The notes under the pieces: generated by a model
Told to the model about the DNA's origin: nothing
The model's database searches: none
Seen by the model: only the letters and a program-made list of their open reading frames with translations
Shown here: in pieces, positions 34,696-37,810 of the stretch
How the letters are laid out: each line of letters starts with the position of its first letter
Numbering within the stretch: the stretch's first letter is position 1
Program-made: the position numbers and the translations under genes
NCBI GenBank assembly: GCA_964618155.1
Contig: CAZUAD010000003.1
Coordinates: forward strand, 1-37,810
Direction: 5' to 3'
Length of the DNA: 37,810 bases
Origin: an uncultured Desulfurococcaceae archaeon
Lineage (GTDB): Archaea; Thermoproteota; Thermoprotei_A; Sulfolobales; NBVN01

Positions 34696-35484
34696 ATGAG
34701 GATAGTGGTTTTAGTAAAGCCTACGCCGAACATTGAGAAGGTTAGATTTGACATGGAGAAAGGGCTTGTTGATAGGTCTTCAGTAAAGCTTGAAATTAAC
34801 CCTTTCGACTTACATGCTATAGAAGCTGCAGTTAAGATTAAGGAGGCCTTAGGAGGTGAGGTTATTGTTATTTCAATGGCTCCTCCCAACGCTCTTAACG
34901 CCTTAAGAGATGCAATAGCACGTGGTGCTGATAGAGCTATTCTAGTAAGTGATAAAGTATTTGCTGGAGCAGATACTTTAGCAACAGCAACCACCCTAGC
35001 CGCAGCTATAAGGAAGTTGGGTTCCTTTGACTTAGTAATATGCGGTGAAAAGAGTGTTGATGGAGATACAGGTCAGGTAGGACCTGAAGTAGCTGAACTA
35101 CTTGATATACCACATGCTTCTTACGTAGTTAGAATAGTTGACGTAAGTCATGAGGTTATTAAAGTAGTCTCTGATTTTGGTAATGCTTATTACTTAATTA
35201 AGTTAAAGCTTCCTGCCCTTATCTCGGTTACTAAGGATGTTAATGTACCTAGAAAACCTAAGTTTAAGGACTTGATGAGGGCCAGAAGAGCTGAGATAAC
35301 TATTTGGAGATTTAAGGACTTAGCACAATATCTATCCCTCGATGTGGTTGGTTTACAGGGATCACCTACGAGGGTTGTAAAGGCTTTTTACGCTGAACCA
35401 AGGGCTAGAAGGACAGTGAAGATTAAGGGTTCTGAGGCTATTGAGAAGGTCATTGAACTACTTTCTTCAGAGGGTGTACTATGA
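34696..35484 (+). CDS. etfB: electron transfer flavoprotein beta subunit (EtfB/FixA)
   Basis: Recognised motifs are MRIVVLVKPTPN, EINPFDLHAIEAAVKIKE, ICGEKSVDGDTGQVGPEVAELL and GLQGSPT. The track ORF starts at a GTG at 34687. Confidence 0.9.
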   Translation: MRIVVLVKPTPNIEKVRFDMEKGLVDRSSVKLEINPFDLHAIEAAVKIKEALGGEVIVISMAPPNALNALRDAIARGADRAILVSDKVFAGADTLATATTLAAAIRKLGSFDLVICGEKSVDGDTGQVGPEVAELLDIPHASYVVRIVDVSHEVIKVVSDFGNAYYLIKLKLPALISVTKDVNVPRKPKFKDLMRARRAEITIWRFKDLAQYLSLDVVGLQGSPTRVVKAFYAEPRARRTVKIKGSEAIEKVIELLSSEGVL

Positions 35485-36467
35485 TGGGTATGCGCGACGT
35501 AATGGTTTATGGTGAATACATAGAGGGGAGGGTACACCCCATAACTTATGAGCTATTAGGTAAGGGTAGAGAGATAGCTGATAGGTTAAGGGGTAAGGTT
35601 ATATCAGTATTGATAGGTAAAGGAGCTAACAGATATGCTAAGGAGTTGATATTCTATGGTGCTGATGAGGTGTACTTATATGAGGAGGATGATAGTTATA
35701 GACCAGATCCTTTCATTCACAAATATGTAGTTACGTACTTAATCAAGAACTTGAAGCCTTGCTTAGTTCTCTTCGGTGCTACATTATGGGGTAAGTCGCT
35801 AGCTCCACGTATCGCTGCAGCACTTAGGACAGGCTTAACAGCTGATTGTATCGACATATATGTTGATGATGAAGGCGACATAGTACAGGTTAGGCCGGCT
35901 TTTACAGGTAACATAATAGCCTATATAAAAACTTTAACTAGACCCGTAATGGCTACGGTGAGGTACAAGGTCTTTAAACCTATTAAGAAAGATTGTAGAA
36001 GAGCTGGTAAAGTTAATGTAATTAAAATGCTGATCAAGAGGAGAGGTGACTTAGAGGTCTTAGGTAAGGTTAGGGATAAGGAGGTAAGCATAGTAGATTA
36101 TGACGTAATTGTTGCTGGAGGTAGAGGGTTAAGAAGGAAGGAGGACTTAAACATGCTTAAAGAGCTTGCAGAGTTATTAGGAGGAACCATTGCTGTAAGT
36201 AGACCTCTAGTGGATATGGGTTGGGCTCCTAAGGATCTACAAGTTGGATTTAGTGGTAATATCGTTAAGCCTAAGGTATACATAGCCTGCGGTATTTCTG
36301 GTTCACCTCAGCATATAGCTGGTATGAAGGATTCAAAGGTAGTTATATCAATAAACATAGACCCCACAGCACCAATAGGTAAGTATAGTGATATATTCAT
36401 TGTAGGTGACTTATATGAGGTAGTGCCTAAGCTTATTGAGAGAATAAAGACCCTTAAGAAGACTTAA
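35481..36467 (+). CDS. etfA: electron transfer flavoprotein alpha subunit (EtfA/FixB)
   Basis: It has the C-terminal FAD-binding signature VGFSGNIVKPKVYIACGISGSPQHIAGM. The start overlaps the etfB stop (ATGA). Confidence 0.9.
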   Translation: MMGMRDVMVYGEYIEGRVHPITYELLGKGREIADRLRGKVISVLIGKGANRYAKELIFYGADEVYLYEEDDSYRPDPFIHKYVVTYLIKNLKPCLVLFGATLWGKSLAPRIAAALRTGLTADCIDIYVDDEGDIVQVRPAFTGNIIAYIKTLTRPVMATVRYKVFKPIKKDCRRAGKVNVIKMLIKRRGDLEVLGKVRDKEVSIVDYDVIVAGGRGLRRKEDLNMLKELAELLGGTIAVSRPLVDMGWAPKDLQVGFSGNIVKPKVYIACGISGSPQHIAGMKDSKVVISINIDPTAPIGKYSDIFIVGDLYEVVPKLIERIKTLKKT

Positions 36468-36483
36468 GTTTAGGTGAACGTAC

Positions 36484-37810
36484 GTGCGTGAAGGCTTAAT
36501 TAGTAAACTTAAGTCAATAGTTGGCGATGAATGGGTTATAACGGATAAGAACATAATTAAAAGCTACATCTACGATGAGACGCCCAACTTTCTTAGACCT
36601 AAGGTTACTACTGATATAGTTTTAGTTAAACCTGGAAGCGTAGGGGAAGTCTCTGATATATTGAAATTAGCTAATGATGAGTTAATACCCATTTATCCCA
36701 GGGGTGGAGGTACAGGACTTGTTGGTGGGTCCATACCCTTAAAACCAGGTATAGTAATGTCGTTAGAGAGGTTTGATAGCATAGGTATTGATGCTAATAG
36801 TATGATAGCTGAGGTAGGTGCTGGAGTTACCCTCTCAAAGTTAATGGAGGAGGCAGAAAGATTTAATCTATTCTTCCCTCCACGACCAGGTAATGAGGCA
36901 GCCTTTGTCGGCGGCATGATAGCAACAAACGCAGGTGGTGCTCGTGCCGTAAGAACAGGTGTTATGAGGAATTATGTCCTAGGACTTGAAGTCGTAACAC
37001 CAACAGGTGAGGTTCTAAGATTAGGTGGTAAGACCATTAAGAATAACTTCGGCTATAACCTAATGCACCTCTTCATCGGGAGTGAGGGCACCTTAGGGGT
37101 AGTAACTAGTGCATATTTAAGATTATACCCTAAGCCTAAGGAGAACGCCTTAATGATAATACCGTTTAATGACCCTATAGATGCTATTAGTGCCGCTTTA
37201 AATATACTTAAAAATGGCGTAATACCCTACCTTCTTGAGTATAGTGATAGAGAGCTTATTGAGAGATCCTCAAATTATTTAGGACTTAAATGGCCTACTG
37301 ATGAGGGTAGAGCCTACCTTATGGTATTGATTAGTGATATTTCTGAAGATATAGTCTTTTCCCAGCTAGAGGCTGTGAACTCGATAGCTGAAAACTATAC
37401 CTCCTTAGAGCCTATAGTGATGACAAGATCTGATGAGATATTAGAAGCACTTAAAATTAGAGGTGAAATTGTGAATTCCTTAAAAGGTATATTAATAGAC
37501 GCTCTCGATGTATCATTACCTCTAGGTAATCTTTCTGATTTCATGGAATCCCTAAGTAGGTTAGAACGAAAGTACAATACCTGGATACCAACATGCGGTC
37601 ATGTAGGTGATGGGAATCTTCATCCACACATAACCGAAACTAAGGGATGGAGTATTAGTGATTATGAAAGGTTAAGAGATGAAATATATGACTTAACAAT
37701 AAGTCTTGACGGCGTTATAACAGGTGAGCATGGTATTGGCGCTATAAGGATCAAATACCTAACGAGGTATATGGACAAAAACCAGCTAATACTCATGGCC
37801 AAATTAAAGA
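36484..37810 (+). CDS. FAD-linked oxidase, GlcD / D-lactate dehydrogenase-like (3' partial, runs off window)
   Basis: My own translation from the GTG at 36484 is VREGLISKLKSIVGDEWV...IYPRGGGTGLVGGSIP...MIATNAGGARAVRTGVMRNYVLGLEVVTPTGE...GSEGTLGVVT...GEHGIG. It is absent from the ORF track because there is no stop in the window. Confidence 0.85.
   Translation, partial: MREGLISKLKSIVGDEWVITDKNIIKSYIYDETPNFLRPKVTTDIVLVKPGSVGEVSDILKLANDELIPIYPRGGGTGLVGGSIPLKPGIVMSLERFDSIGIDANSMIAEVGAGVTLSKLMEEAERFNLFFPPRPGNEAAFVGGMIATNAGGARAVRTGVMRNYVLGLEVVTPTGEVLRLGGKTIKNNFGYNLMHLFIGSEGTLGVVTSAYLRLYPKPKENALMIIPFNDPIDAISAALNILKNGVIPYLLEYSDRELIERSSNYLGLKWPTDEGRAYLMVLISDISEDIVFSQLEAVNSIAENYTSLEPIVMTRSDEILEALKIRGEIVNSLKGILIDALDVSLPLGNLSDFMESLSRLERKYNTWIPTCGHVGDGNLHPHITETKGWSISDYERLRDEIYDLTISLDGVITGEHGIGAIRIKYLTRYMDKNQLILMAKLK

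Overview
The window is AT-rich archaeal chromosomal DNA, about 38-40% GC by hand counts of 60-nt samples. It has the hallmarks of a hyperthermophilic crenarchaeon (Thermoproteota): a very GC-rich tRNA in AT-rich DNA and many archaea-specific housekeeping genes. I cannot assign a genus from sequence alone.

Layout:
(1) 1-2200: a small orphan ORF, ribosomal protein S25e, an RHH regulator, tRNA m1A methyltransferase TrmI and a candidate C/D box sRNA.
(2) 2200-5730: a zone of apparent gene decay. It holds an M29 aminopeptidase with an odd 5' end, a membrane ORF split by an in-frame TAG, and two 5'-truncated Opp/Dpp ABC genes fused head to head next to an orphan permease.
(3) 5810-8970: a tightly coupled YbjQ - CPBP/Abi protease - PadR - SdpI/DUF1648 operon. 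A perfect palindrome sits in its promoter, and tiny hydrophobic ORFs lie downstream.
(4) 9096-16251: an intact Opp/Dpp-class ABC transporter (binding protein, 2 permeases, 2 ATPases) followed by a GH1 beta-glycosidase. This is most likely a beta-glucoside/oligosaccharide uptake locus.
(5) 16328-17207: a low-GC orphan gene broken by a perfect 13-bp tandem duplication, next to tRNA-Arg(GCG).
(6) 17555-33784: a 16-kb co-directional minus-strand block of information-processing genes. In transcription order it reads aIF5A, SRP54, Pus10, L21e, RpoF, DUF655, SpoU methyltransferase, L10e, Dph2, METTL5-like methyltransferase, Csl4, RpoL, TFS, PCNA, PriS, GINS-like, a second C/D sRNA candidate, TpiA, IleRS and the tRNA.
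(7) 33879-37810: an HExxH orphan, then etfB-etfA and a GlcD/D-lactate-dehydrogenase-like FAD oxidase that runs off the window.

No CRISPR array, rRNA, transposase or recognisable defence-gene cassette was seen.

Most notable observations:
- The CPBP/PadR/SdpI-like module with adjacent mini-ORFs.
- The conserved Pus10 zinc-ribbon N-terminus, encoded upstream of any canonical start codon.
- The 13-bp duplication frameshift.
- The head-to-head ABC gene relics.

Most of the window is ordinary conserved core genome. All family calls rest on motif recognition by eye, not on searches.
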